A stretch of DNA of 64,000 nt from a phage, in sequence record PZ179880.1; one strand, given 5' to 3'. Of the stretch, positions 31,281-40,065 are shown piece after piece (the stretch's first letter is position 1; each line of letters opens with the position of its first letter). The notes beneath the pieces were generated by a model, which worked only from the letters and a program-made list of their open reading frames with translations, made no database searches and had not been told where the DNA came from. The position numbers and the translations under genes are program-made.

Positions 31281-31835
31281 TCACTTTGAAATCATAGTTG
31301 GAATGACAGAATCAAGATAAGTCTTTAACGCAATAGCTTCGTCTTTGGTAAATGTGACAATATGTGATCGAAAATCGTCAATTTGGCGAATAGTTAAGAC
31401 ATCTCCCTCTTCATAACATTTTGATACATTTAAAAGAGTTTCATCATTCTGATTGCAAGCGTTAGTAATAATAGCATTGCAATTTTTGAGCCATTTTAAA
31501 CTATGTTTTCTTTCATTAGAATAATAAAAATATTTAATCTTAGCTATAAAACTATCCCAATGGATAACTGATAAACACATTGACTCACTTTTAATATTAA
31601 ATCCTGGGCATGAAGAATAAAAATGAATTTTGTGCTCATCATTGATGCTTACTATTTTATCAGTATAAGGATATTCAATTTGGGTTAAATGAATGATTTC
31701 ACTAGGCGTAAAATATAGCATATCGTCTTCTTGCGTCAAACGATACATGTTATTTACTTTTTCTATAGCCAATTCACCAAAAAGCGGACTAACTTCTAAT
31801 ACTAATCGTTTCATATTAATCCTTTTTATTGGCAT
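31281..31835 (-). CDS. Hypothetical protein (tandem paralogue B)
   Basis: 184 aa; C-terminus DEAIALKTYLDSVIPTM. Confidence 0.55.
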   Translation of the reverse strand: MPIKRINMKRLVLEVSPLFGELAIEKVNNMYRLTQEDDMLYFTPSEIIHLTQIEYPYTDKIVSINDEHKIHFYSSCPGFNIKSESMCLSVIHWDSFIAKIKYFYYSNERKHSLKWLKNCNAIITNACNQNDETLLNVSKCYEEGDVLTIRQIDDFRSHIVTFTKDEAIALKTYLDSVIPTMISK

Positions 31836-32094
31836 GAATTTGTTCTAAAATTTTAGAGTATTCCTTTGTATCAGATTTACGTACAATCGATACACTATAA
31901 GGCATACTATCGGTATCTTTTATAAAGCGTTCCAAATGACACTCTAACAAAATTTCTGGGTTATAAATCGTGTACATCAAATTACCTGTTGCTCCACGAT
32001 ATTGACAGATTTCTACTGATTGAGCATCATTCCACAATTTTGTTAAGACTAAATCGCCTACTTCTAATTTAGGAAAGCCCATGTTATTCACCAA
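31816..32094 (-). CDS. Hypothetical protein
   Basis: 92 aa ORF. Confidence 0.45.
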   Translation of the reverse strand: MVNNMGFPKLEVGDLVLTKLWNDAQSVEICQYRGATGNLMYTIYNPEILLECHLERFIKDTDSMPYSVSIVRKSDTKEYSKILEQIHANKKD

Positions 32095-32269
32095 TTAAAG
32101 TTTCAATATAAGAATCAAGATTTACTTTAGCTTCTTCCATAAGAGTTTTGTATTTAATCTTGTTAGCATGTCCGGAGAAAGCTGATTCATCAATAATTGT
32201 TGATGTATGAACAGCTTTACTATACGTCTCAATTAATTCTCTTAATTTAAAAGCCTGCTCACTTGTCAT
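32084..32269 (-). CDS. Small acidic helical protein (small-protein family)
   Basis: 61 aa; N-terminal motif SEQAFKLRELIETY. Confidence 0.45.
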   Translation of the reverse strand: MTSEQAFKLRELIETYSKAVHTSTIIDESAFSGHANKIKYKTLMEEAKVNLDSYIETLIGE

Positions 32270-32430
32270 TACATACTCCTTTGAATAATATCAATAATGT
32301 TGTTCACCAGATTATAAGTAAACATTGGGTAATTATATTGAATCATCACATACACAACAAACAAAACTTTCATTCTCTTCTCCTTGGCAGTTGACAAGAT
32401 TACTATACCATAACCTTGCCAACTTGTAAA

Positions 32431-32604
32431 CCATTAAATGACGTTTTCAATAAAATTCTGAAGCTTTGTATGAGCATCAACCATGATTTTCAATTCTTCT
32501 TTAGCGAAAGCTGTACCTCTTTCACGAGAAGAACATTCATAGTCAGAAACTGCATTAGCATATTCTTCAATTAGCTTCATTAAAAACATCTGCTTTTCAG
32601 TTTT
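32431..32604 (-). CDS. Small acidic helical protein (small-protein family)
   Basis: Hand-translated 57 aa MKTEKQMFLMKLIEEYANAV...; not in ORF track. Confidence 0.4.
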
Positions 32605-32791
32605 CATTATTCCACCTAATCATTTCAAGATATTGAACTAACTTAGCTTTAGATTTATCCAAATCCTTTTTAGCTGCTTCTATACCATCGTATGAATATC
32701 CTTCACAATGCTCAACTGCTAATTGATATGAATCTATTTCAATATCACGTGCTAATTTAATGATTTTTTCAAACTGTTCGCGTGTTAGCAT
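32597..32791 (-). CDS. Small acidic helical protein (small-protein family)
   Basis: 64 aa; MLTREQFEKIIKLARD. Confidence 0.45.
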   Translation of the reverse strand: MLTREQFEKIIKLARDIEIDSYQLAVEHCEGYSYDGIEAAKKDLDKSKAKLVQYLEMIRWNNEN

Positions 32792-32793
32792 AC

Positions 32794-32973
32794 TTACACT
32801 CTCGTATTATGATCGATAATTTCATCAAGAAACATATCTAACGCTTCTACAGCATTATCAACTTTAGCTTCAAATTCTTCAATACCTGATAAGGCAAAGT
32901 TAATGCGTTCCTCATCTGCTTTGCGAATTAAAGCTATCAATTCCTTAATTTTATCCGCTTGTTCAATGCTAGT
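32794..32973 (-). CDS. Small acidic helical protein (small-protein family)
   Basis: Start trimmed to [17 protein letters not shown] (60 aa). Confidence 0.45.
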   Translation of the reverse strand, partial: TSIEQADKIKELIALIRKADEERINFALSGIEEFEAKVDNAVEALDMFLDEIIDHNTRV

Positions 32974-32975
32974 CA

Positions 32976-33164
32976 TTATTCCACCACATATGAAAGAGAG
33001 AATATTGCACACGCCATATGAGTTGCAACTTCATCACACATATCATAACGTTTCTTAAGAAGTTCTACAAGTTCTTCACTAGTGACTTCATCCATGTCGA
33101 CGAAAAAATCACCATTAATGATGACATAGATATTTCCTTCTTGATTAAGTGCTTCAATTTTCAT
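32976..33164 (-). CDS. Small acidic protein
   Basis: Start trimmed to [10 protein letters not shown] with AGGAG ribosome-binding site; ORF-track start lies upstream of the promoter. Confidence 0.45.
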   Translation of the reverse strand: MKIEALNQEGNIYVIINGDFFVDMDEVTSEELVELLKKRYDMCDEVATHMACAIFSLSYVVE

Positions 33165-33192
33165 GATGTTCTCCTCTTTATCCGATGGTTGT

Positions 33193-33222
33193 ATAGTACC
33201 ACAGCTCAAACGGAAAGTAAAC
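33193..33222 (-). promoter_or_regulatory. Early sigma70-type promoter
   Basis: Minus strand GTTTAC - 18 bp - TGG TACTAT. Confidence 0.55.
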
Positions 33223-33259
33223 CGGTAAAATGAAAAAAGTCTCCCGAAGGAGACTAATG

Positions 33260-33646
33260 TTATTCGAGGGAAAGAAGATACTTACTCTGGTAAAACATTC
33301 CAGTAATATCATCTATCGTGCTTTGGATGGCTGGAGGCATTTCTTTATAAATGCTGTTAGATTGGTCTAGTATGCGATCAATCATTTTAATTGTGTCGGT
33401 AGGAAGTTTACTAGCATCTGGAATTGAAGGTGTGTATTTTCTACCAGAATACCCCAAATATTGCTCACCAAATTTATCAATCAAATCTGGCAACTCGGAG
33501 AAAATAAAATCGTATGCTTTGTGTCTAGCATAACTTTTAGTTTCAAAATGTGCAGAATGAAAATAAGCTTGTGCAGCCATTAATAAACCTAAGTATTCAT
33601 CTGCCTTTGAAGGTTTTCCACTTTGTGAAAAGTCGCTGAATTTCAT
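33260..33646 (-). CDS. Hypothetical protein (rI.-1-like)
   Basis: 128 aa ORF immediately downstream of rI. Confidence 0.55.
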   Translation of the reverse strand: MKFSDFSQSGKPSKADEYLGLLMAAQAYFHSAHFETKSYARHKAYDFIFSELPDLIDKFGEQYLGYSGRKYTPSIPDASKLPTDTIKMIDRILDQSNSIYKEMPPAIQSTIDDITGMFYQSKYLLSLE

Positions 33647-33936
33647 TCAGTCTCCAATTTAATGTTCATAATTCTAGCGTATGATTGTGCCATCTCCGCG
33701 CCTCGCTCTATACATTCAAAATCGGAAGAGCACGGGTCATTTTTATAAGTCGTTCGCATAAAACTATAGAACTGTTCAGATGATTCTACGCTTTTGTTTT
33801 CAAAAAGCATATAAACGTGTCTAATACCAGATTCCATAAATTTATCAAAATGAGGATCGACATTCGCTTCAATTGGTGGAGATAAAGCAAACGCTAATCC
33901 TAGCATGGCAAATAGTGCCGTTGCTTTTAAGGCCAT
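33643..33936 (-). CDS. rI: Lysis inhibition regulator RI (antiholin)
   Basis: 97 aa, near-identical to T4 RI (MALKATALFAMLGL...NVDPHFDKFMESGIRHVYMLF...). Confidence 0.93.
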   Translation of the reverse strand: MALKATALFAMLGLAFALSPPIEANVDPHFDKFMESGIRHVYMLFENKSVESSEQFYSFMRTTYKNDPCSSDFECIERGAEMAQSYARIMNIKLETE

Positions 33937-33948
33937 AAAGGCCTCCTA

Positions 33949-34161
33949 TCATTTTTGTCCTGTATTTACTTTATGCCGATGCACGGCCTTAACTTTATCA
34001 AGGTATTTTTCAAAATTTCGCAATCTAGTATAGTCTGCCGGAGATTGGTTGAGTGATACTTCTCGACGCAAAGCTGAAATGATATTTCCAACTTCCCTAC
34101 GAATTTCATCTAATTGAAGAACAGTAAGATTGCGAAGTTGCTTTTCAGTTAATTGTAGCAT
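33949..34161 (-). CDS. Hypothetical protein
   Basis: 70 aa ORF between tk and rI. Confidence 0.5.
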
Positions 34162-34203
34162 ATATACCCCTTTAGTTAGATAAACCTATTTATAACTTTT
34201 GCA

Positions 34204-34785
34204 CTAACCGAGCTTTTTAGTTAATTCATTCCAATGTTTTCTACACAAAGAAACATAAATTTCATCACCAATACAGATTTGATTACCTTCTTTAACTGGT
34301 GTTCCATCTTCCATTAATCGAGCTGTCATAATCGCTTTTTTACCGCAATGACAAACTGCCTTTAGTTCAATAAGTTTATCTGCAATCGCCAAAAGTTCTT
34401 TAGAACCTTCAAATAATTTTCCGGCGAAATCAGTCCTTAGACCATAAGCCATAACAGGAACATTATATGTATCAACAATTCGACTTAATTGATGCACCTG
34501 TTCAGTTTTTAAAAACTGGGCTTCATCTACAAATACACAATGAATATCTTTTTGTGCTTCAGCCCATTTATAGAACTCAAAAATATCCATATCATCCGTA
34601 ATAATATTCGCTTCCTGCTTAATTCCAATGCGAGAAACGACTTCACAGACAGAATCGCGAGTATCAATAGCAGGCTTAAGAACTAATACACCCATTCCGC
34701 GTTCTTTATAATTATGTGCAGCAGTCAAAAGAGAAGCAGATTTTCCAGCATTCATTGCTGCGTAAGTAAAAATTAAACTCGCCAT
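34204..34785 (-). CDS. tk: Thymidine kinase
   Basis: 193 aa; P-loop AAMNAGKS; C-terminal Zn cysteines. Confidence 0.93.
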   Translation of the reverse strand: MASLIFTYAAMNAGKSASLLTAAHNYKERGMGVLVLKPAIDTRDSVCEVVSRIGIKQEANIITDDMDIFEFYKWAEAQKDIHCVFVDEAQFLKTEQVHQLSRIVDTYNVPVMAYGLRTDFAGKLFEGSKELLAIADKLIELKAVCHCGKKAIMTARLMEDGTPVKEGNQICIGDEIYVSLCRKHWNELTKKLG

Positions 34786-34794
34786 ATCACCTTC

Positions 34795-34980
34795 TTAAAG
34801 CATATTCACATAAGCTATTAATTCGTTTTCTTTCTTATCAAACCGATCAGCAAATTCTTCTTGCTGTTCGGGAGATAGCGGGCCGTATTCATCATAAAAG
34901 GTGTTTGCTTCTGTATGCTCATCTAGAAGTTCATGGATAAGCTCAAACAATTTATCTTTTTGTTCTTTACTCAGACTCAT
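34795..34980 (-). CDS. Small acidic helical protein
   Basis: 61 aa; MSLSKEQKDKLFELIHELL. Confidence 0.45.
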   Translation of the reverse strand: MSLSKEQKDKLFELIHELLDEHTEANTFYDEYGPLSPEQQEEFADRFDKKENELIAYVNML

Positions 34981-35146
34981 ATATTAATTTCCAGGAGTTT
35001 TAAAATAATTCGCTTTTGCTTAAATATTTCCATAGTTAAATGACCAGTATCTTTTTGACCGATTCCAATGGCAAAACCTTTATTGACAGCGAGTTCAATT
35101 AAATTATCAAGCTCACGTAACACTTCATACTGTAACTCAAAACTAT

Positions 35147-35359
35147 TCATTTCGGTTTACCTTCTTTAACGAAATCTGGATAAGGATAAAATCCCGAATA
35201 AAATCCTTCACCTTTATGATTGATGCATCCTTTATTAGAACAATAACACCAATAATCGAAATCACAAGCCATTTCATCGTTGCATAAAGCAAAAACAACT
35301 GGCCATTTACACTTTTCACAATGGGCATTTTTAAGAATACTAGTTTGGCTCATAACCAT
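35147..35359 (-). CDS. Small cysteine-rich (likely Zn-binding) protein
   Basis: 70 aa with at least 8 Cys (CEKCKW...CNDEMACDFDYWCYCSNKGC). Confidence 0.5.
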   Translation of the reverse strand: MVMSQTSILKNAHCEKCKWPVVFALCNDEMACDFDYWCYCSNKGCINHKGEGFYSGFYPYPDFVKEGKPK

Positions 35360-35577
35360 GTAACCTTTAAGCAGTATTCTTCTACATGCTGTTTACGACC
35401 TTTCTTATCAATAAAGGTATATTCAACGAATGTTCCAATGTAGTCTTTATCTACATCATGCGGACTATTAATTGGACATTTAGTACGGCAAATGCGTTCC
35501 CATTGACGAATAATTACTGCCTTATTCTTTGGGTCATATGGATGTGGATAATGTATATTCATAATAACGGTTCCCAA
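35350..35577 (-). CDS. Hypothetical protein
   Basis: 75 aa ORF. Confidence 0.45.
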   Translation of the reverse strand: MGTVIMNIHYPHPYDPKNKAVIIRQWERICRTKCPINSPHDVDKDYIGTFVEYTFIDKKGRKQHVEEYCLKVTWL

Positions 35578-36026
35578 TCAACAATCACAATTTCTAATTT
35601 AGAGGAATATGTATCTAAAATCCCCTCAATAATATCCCAGTTCCCTTTACCTATGCCTGCACCAATCCTAGGCATATAGATTGTAGGTTTAATCAGTTTA
35701 TTTTCACCAAACTCATTTAATTCTAACATACAATTCATTAAAGCGGAATACTCAAAATTTGGCCCTGGTTGAAATTGAGTATAAAGGTTGAAGCAATACG
35801 CTTTATGAGTCCTAAAGTATTTTTCATAGACTGAGTAAGAACCGAGTTTAGTTACATCACCCCATTCAGTCTGTAATTTATCAGCTTCCAAAATTTTAGG
35901 GAAAGCTTTGGTTAATTGACCCGCTACGCCTGAACCCATAGTATGAAAACAATTGCATCCATGCGCAATATTTTTACCTTCAGCGAAAAGGGCGACAATA
36001 TCGCCCTTGATATATTTTACAATCAT
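35559..36026 (-). CDS. Macrodomain protein (TARG1/DarG-like predicted ADP-ribosyl hydrolase)
   Basis: 155 aa; GD-x11-AHGCNC-x3-MGSGVAGQL resembles the TARG1/DarG macrodomain signature. Confidence 0.6.
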   Translation of the reverse strand: MIVKYIKGDIVALFAEGKNIAHGCNCFHTMGSGVAGQLTKAFPKILEADKLQTEWGDVTKLGSYSVYEKYFRTHKAYCFNLYTQFQPGPNFEYSALMNCMLELNEFGENKLIKPTIYMPRIGAGIGKGNWDIIEGILDTYSSKLEIVIVDWEPLL

Positions 36027-36370
36027 CTAGTACTCAATCCTCGATTATAAGAATCTACCAAACGGTCAACCATTGAATGACAAGCGGCTTTATCTTTCTC
36101 CTCCGCAACTGAACATTCTAAGGTATTCCACTTTTTAGCATATCGTTTTAATAATGTATCGTTTTTGTATCTGCTTGATTTATCTCTTTCTCCGTCTTTA
36201 TATGCATATATTAATTTCTGCGCAAATTCAGCTTGGCATGCTTTATTTTTCCCACAATAATCTGCCGCAGTGCGATTTACATATTCTCTAATTTCAGTAT
36301 ATGATGTATCTGCTGACGCAGAAGCAGAAAATGAAATTAATCCTATACATAAAACCAAAATTTTAGTCAT
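36023..36370 (-). CDS. Secreted protein with cleavable signal peptide
   Basis: 115 aa; N-terminal MTKILVLCIGLISFSASASA followed by a polar domain with 4 Cys. Confidence 0.55.
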   Translation of the reverse strand: MTKILVLCIGLISFSASASADTSYTEIREYVNRTAADYCGKNKACQAEFAQKLIYAYKDGERDKSSRYKNDTLLKRYAKKWNTLECSVAEEKDKAACHSMVDRLVDSYNRGLSTR

Positions 36371-36908
36371 TTACTATTTCCAAAAGTTTATTATTTTTAA
36401 GGTAATTAGCCTTTTCTAGGACTTCAGAAGCATATTTAGAACCAGCTTTAACATTCCATCCCGAATTATAAGAGGATATTGCTTTTCTTATATCGCCCTT
36501 ATGTATATTTAACCAATAAGAAAGTTCAATGTACGCCCAGGAAGCTGAATTGGATCGTTTATTCAACATTCTTTTTATTTCAGCATCGGTCATATTATAA
36601 CCAAGTTCCTTAACTCTTGCTCGCATAGTAGGCAAATAATTTTGGAACATTCCATAAGCGTGATGCTTTGGTTTAGATTTTAAATTAACTCCGCCAGAGC
36701 TTTCTTGCCATAAAATAGCAGCCATTATATGACCTAATCCGCTCTTGTGGATATTTTTGTGTGTTTTATATTTTCCATCCTTAGAAAATTGTTCCCCGAA
36801 TTGATACGCGTAACGCATGTTATCGAGTTGGACATTACTGAAAGTATGCTCGGAGCTATGTGCCATCATTGAAATGGCCAATAGACCAGCGAGTAGTGCT
36901 TTTCTCAT
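36363..36908 (-). CDS. Periplasmic lytic-transglycosylase-like protein (SLT-like)
   Basis: 181 aa; signal peptide MRKALLAGLLAISMMAHS; motif WQESSGG ... YGMFQ. Confidence 0.5.
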   Translation of the reverse strand: MRKALLAGLLAISMMAHSSEHTFSNVQLDNMRYAYQFGEQFSKDGKYKTHKNIHKSGLGHIMAAILWQESSGGVNLKSKPKHHAYGMFQNYLPTMRARVKELGYNMTDAEIKRMLNKRSNSASWAYIELSYWLNIHKGDIRKAISSYNSGWNVKAGSKYASEVLEKANYLKNNKLLEIVND

Positions 36909-36915
36909 GCTTACC

Positions 36916-37377
36916 TCATTGAGTTTTAATTACTGCTTTAGAAGCCTTTCCTGGTAAACGACGACTGTTGATAATTGCCATCCTACATTGAAGTGACGGG
37001 TCTTTGAACTTCGCGTTAGGTTTACAAACTGTAAATCCAAGCCAAAGATTTCCATCTGTGATTTCTAAACGTCCAGGACGATATTCAACCCCATCAATAA
37101 AATCCTCGTCAATGTCAGGACGCGGAGGCATACTCAGGAATTCATTAACTTCTAAAACATGGTCTTTTATTTTATGGAATAATTCAAAAACATATGTCTC
37201 ATCAATCTCCCGTTGAATTGCACGATCAAGAAGATGTTGAGAATATTTTAGATGAAACGATGAGACTCCTGCTGCTTTTGATGCCTCACGAATCTCATTG
37301 TTAATTTGACGAAACTCCGACTCAAAGTGACGACGAAGCTTATTTCGACGGATAAAAACTTCTGTATTGATAGTCAT
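36916..37377 (-). CDS. regB: Endoribonuclease RegB
   Basis: 153 aa, matches T4 RegB; early promoter upstream. Confidence 0.9.
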   Translation of the reverse strand: MTINTEVFIRRNKLRRHFESEFRQINNEIREASKAAGVSSFHLKYSQHLLDRAIQREIDETYVFELFHKIKDHVLEVNEFLSMPPRPDIDEDFIDGVEYRPGRLEITDGNLWLGFTVCKPNAKFKDPSLQCRMAIINSRRLPGKASKAVIKTQ

Positions 37378-37404
37378 GTTATTCTCCTCTTAACTGATAG
37401 AAAA

Positions 37405-37434
37405 ATTATACCACAGTCAAGAGGAAAAGTAAAC
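37405..37434 (-). promoter_or_regulatory. Early sigma70-type promoter upstream of regB
   Basis: Minus strand GTTTAC - 18 bp - TGG TATAAT (perfect extended -10). Confidence 0.65.
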
Positions 37435-37436
37435 AG

Positions 37437-37757
37437 TTATTCTTTAAATCTAATCAATTTATTCATAGACTTTGAAACTTCTGCACGAACCTCATGTAGA
37501 TTTTTGAGCTGTTCAAGACGCTGTTCATAGTAAGCAATTTCATCTTCTTCGAGACAGTCCTGTGAATCTTCTTTAAGATAACGTGCATAGTCCTGGAAAG
37601 CGTTACGAACTACTTCCTGGAAGTCATCAAGACTTTGAATTTTCTTAGGAGCAACAGATACACGACGAGGGGCAGTATAATACTCATAACCAAACCCTGC
37701 GCTTAATTGAGCCATTAGTATTTTTCCTCTGGCTGGAACACAGCACGACAAGCCCAC
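37437..37757 (-). CDS. Hypothetical protein
   Basis: 106 aa ORF. Confidence 0.45.
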   Translation of the reverse strand: MGLSCCVPARGKILMAQLSAGFGYEYYTAPRRVSVAPKKIQSLDDFQEVVRNAFQDYARYLKEDSQDCLEEDEIAYYEQRLEQLKNLHEVRAEVSKSMNKLIRFKE

Positions 37758-37981
37758 ATACTGGCTTCTTTGAGTTTCGTTTTAGCAATAGTTAACTGAT
37801 CGAGGCTTTCAGCATAATTCTTCGCGAATTCACAGTCTTCACAATTATCTAGTGCTTCCCAAAATTCATCGTATAAAGCGTCAAAGATAAGTCCTAATCG
37901 AACTTCAGCGTCTTTGATAGCATTCACTTTACCGATTTTCTTTTCAGTATGCGGTTTATAACCTTTAATATCTTCAATCAT
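37715..37981 (-). CDS. Hypothetical protein
   Basis: 88 aa ORF. Confidence 0.45.
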   Translation of the reverse strand: MIEDIKGYKPHTEKKIGKVNAIKDAEVRLGLIFDALYDEFWEALDNCEDCEFAKNYAESLDQLTIAKTKLKEASMWACRAVFQPEEKY

Positions 37982-38195
37982 ATTCTACTTCCTCACCCGT
38001 TCCCAAATCATATTCAACTAAACGAATAGGTTCATGAATGCTATATCCTTGAACAGAAATTTCTGTCGTAGGATAAATTCCATTAATATCACCCATATTC
38101 CAAGCTTCATTAAATTGTTGTTCGCCTGAATTACTAAACCACTCTGCGAAAGCATTTAGTACATCTTCAGAACCTTCAATAATTATCTTTGCCAT
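37974..38195 (-). CDS. Hypothetical protein
   Basis: 73 aa ORF. Confidence 0.45.
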   Translation of the reverse strand: MAKIIIEGSEDVLNAFAEWFSNSGEQQFNEAWNMGDINGIYPTTEISVQGYSIHEPIRLVEYDLGTGEEVEYD

Positions 38196-38557
38196 TACAG
38201 ACTCTCAGTAAAGGTACGAGCAATAACGTCGCGCTGCTGTTCCGGAGTCAGAGAGTTAAAGCGAACTGCATAACCGGATACACGGATGGTCAGCTGCGGA
38301 TATTTTTCCGGATGCTTAACTGCATCTTCCAGAGTTTCACGACGCAGAACGTTTACGTTCAGGTGTTGACCACCTTCAATTTTAACTGTAGGCTGTGGTT
38401 CAATTTCAATTTCACGTGCATGCAAACCGCAGAAAATTTCTGGGTCTACAAAAGAGTCCTCTTTAAAGGTTTTAGAGACAATAATTCGCGCTTGAATACC
38501 ATCTTCAAAATAAATAGTACCTTTATGTGTGCCTTCAAGAATTTGATATGCTTTCAT
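38195..38557 (-). CDS. Autonomous glycyl radical cofactor (GrcA/YfiD-like)
   Basis: 120 aa; C-terminal ~60 aa ([60 protein letters not shown]) matches E. coli GrcA as I recall it, including the RVSGY glycyl-radical motif. Confidence 0.85.
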   Translation of the reverse strand: MKAYQILEGTHKGTIYFEDGIQARIIVSKTFKEDSFVDPEIFCGLHAREIEIEPQPTVKIEGGQHLNVNVLRRETLEDAVKHPEKYPQLTIRVSGYAVRFNSLTPEQQRDVIARTFTESL

Positions 38558-38563
38558 ATAACC

Positions 38564-38944
38564 TCAATTAGAAAATAAATTTATCCAAGATTGTTCTTTA
38601 ATTAAAAATGGCTCAGAATCATATGCTATTAAACTTTGGGTGATTAGTCCTTTAAAAGGTCCATCAATAAATTCCATGGTAAAATATGGAATTTTATTCA
38701 TTAATCTTGCATTAGGAGCCGTGCACAAAACTCTGCATCCTTTGAATACGCCTTTTTGTAATTTGTATTGCTTGGGATAAAATTCGCTCAAAATGTTATT
38801 TTTTGCCAAAATTTCAAAATGATTCACCAATTTATTTTTAATAGTTTTTGGCGAAAAATAAAGATATTCGAAAAGCTGAGTGTCTGTCATCATTGCATTC
38901 CGATTACGAAAAACTGTGGACGAGTAATACCACCAATGCAGCAT
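38564..38944 (-). CDS. Hypothetical protein
   Basis: 126 aa ORF. Confidence 0.5.
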   Translation of the reverse strand: MLHWWYYSSTVFRNRNAMMTDTQLFEYLYFSPKTIKNKLVNHFEILAKNNILSEFYPKQYKLQKGVFKGCRVLCTAPNARLMNKIPYFTMEFIDGPFKGLITQSLIAYDSEPFLIKEQSWINLFSN

Positions 38945-39477
38945 TTACTATTGCAACAGTGATGCACAGTTTCAATATGAATATCGTAAATTTTATCCAT
39001 ATCAGGAGATTTAACAGGCTCATCGATTATATACAAAATCCGCGAAAGCGATAAACCTCTGAACTTGCTTCCTTTATTACCGATAAAACTACGGACAGAA
39101 TCGGTAAATAAGCGGAATCGAATATCATCGCTAGAATAACGAGAAAATTCTTTTTTAATGTGGCCCGCAGAAATTTTAGCATAAGCTGAAGTATTAGAAA
39201 GAACAATAACTGTTCCGCCATCATACAGCCAATTAGCAGCGAAGTTAGTCACAGCAGTTGATTTACCGGATTGACGTCCACCATCTAGTCGAAGTGTGCA
39301 ATACTGTTTGAGTAAGTCTTCAAATGGTGGGATATAATCGTTTTTACAAATTTCTTCTACTCTAGCATCAGAATGGTGTGTAAAAGCATTCATCAGGGAT
39401 AGATAAGGACCAGTTAAAAATGTTCTCATTTTGTTATCTCTAAATTTGGGCCATTCCATGGCGCATGAATTTTCCAT
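38890..39477 (-). CDS. Small P-loop NTPase
   Basis: 195 aa; Walker A GGRQSGKST, Walker B-like ILYIIDEP. Confidence 0.55.
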   Translation of the reverse strand: MENSCAMEWPKFRDNKMRTFLTGPYLSLMNAFTHHSDARVEEICKNDYIPPFEDLLKQYCTLRLDGGRQSGKSTAVTNFAANWLYDGGTVIVLSNTSAYAKISAGHIKKEFSRYSSDDIRFRLFTDSVRSFIGNKGSKFRGLSLSRILYIIDEPVKSPDMDKIYDIHIETVHHCCNSKCCIGGITRPQFFVIGMQ

Positions 39478-39582
39478 TTCTGTATTTACCCATTACCGCA
39501 CTTGGGCTCGACCTTATTACAGGTTGGCGGGAATCCCTCATAGAATCATGAGGTCCAGCTTGTTCCCATATTTCTTATTTGC

Positions 39583-40056
39583 TTATTTGAATGATTTGAC
39601 ATACTGAACAGAACCTTTGCTATTCACAAAGGCGATTTTACCATTTTTGTTATACATGGTGGCAGTACGCTGATAGCCATAAGTTTGCTTACCAGATTGA
39701 TAACCAACTAATGCAAAATTATCTTCGCCCATTTTATTCTGCTTAGCGCGGATGCGTTCATGGCCGTGTGCCATAAGAACCTTAGCATCACCAGTTGCAA
39801 TGGATCTACGAGTTTTTTCATCTTCAACTGTATTAACAAAATCGTCAAATGAATCAAATTTAGCATGGGATTTATTATACAGTTTTCCATCTACTGCATA
39901 ATTATATCCCTGTACATCCATCTCAACTTCTGTACCATCATCCAATACAGCAGTGATTTTTTGACCTTTTTTAAATTTCAAAAGATCAGTAAAAGATTCA
40001 GCAATAATTTGAGAATTAATAGCTGCTTCAGTGATAAATTCTTGATATGTTTTCAT
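39583..40056 (-). CDS. Internal head protein with capsid-targeting leader
   Basis: 157 aa; N-terminus MKTYQEFITEA matches the T4 IP capsid-targeting consensus. Confidence 0.7.
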   Translation of the reverse strand: MKTYQEFITEAAINSQIIAESFTDLLKFKKGQKITAVLDDGTEVEMDVQGYNYAVDGKLYNKSHAKFDSFDDFVNTVEDEKTRRSIATGDAKVLMAHGHERIRAKQNKMGEDNFALVGYQSGKQTYGYQRTATMYNKNGKIAFVNSKGSVQYVKSFK

Positions 40057-40065
40057 ATGTTTCCT

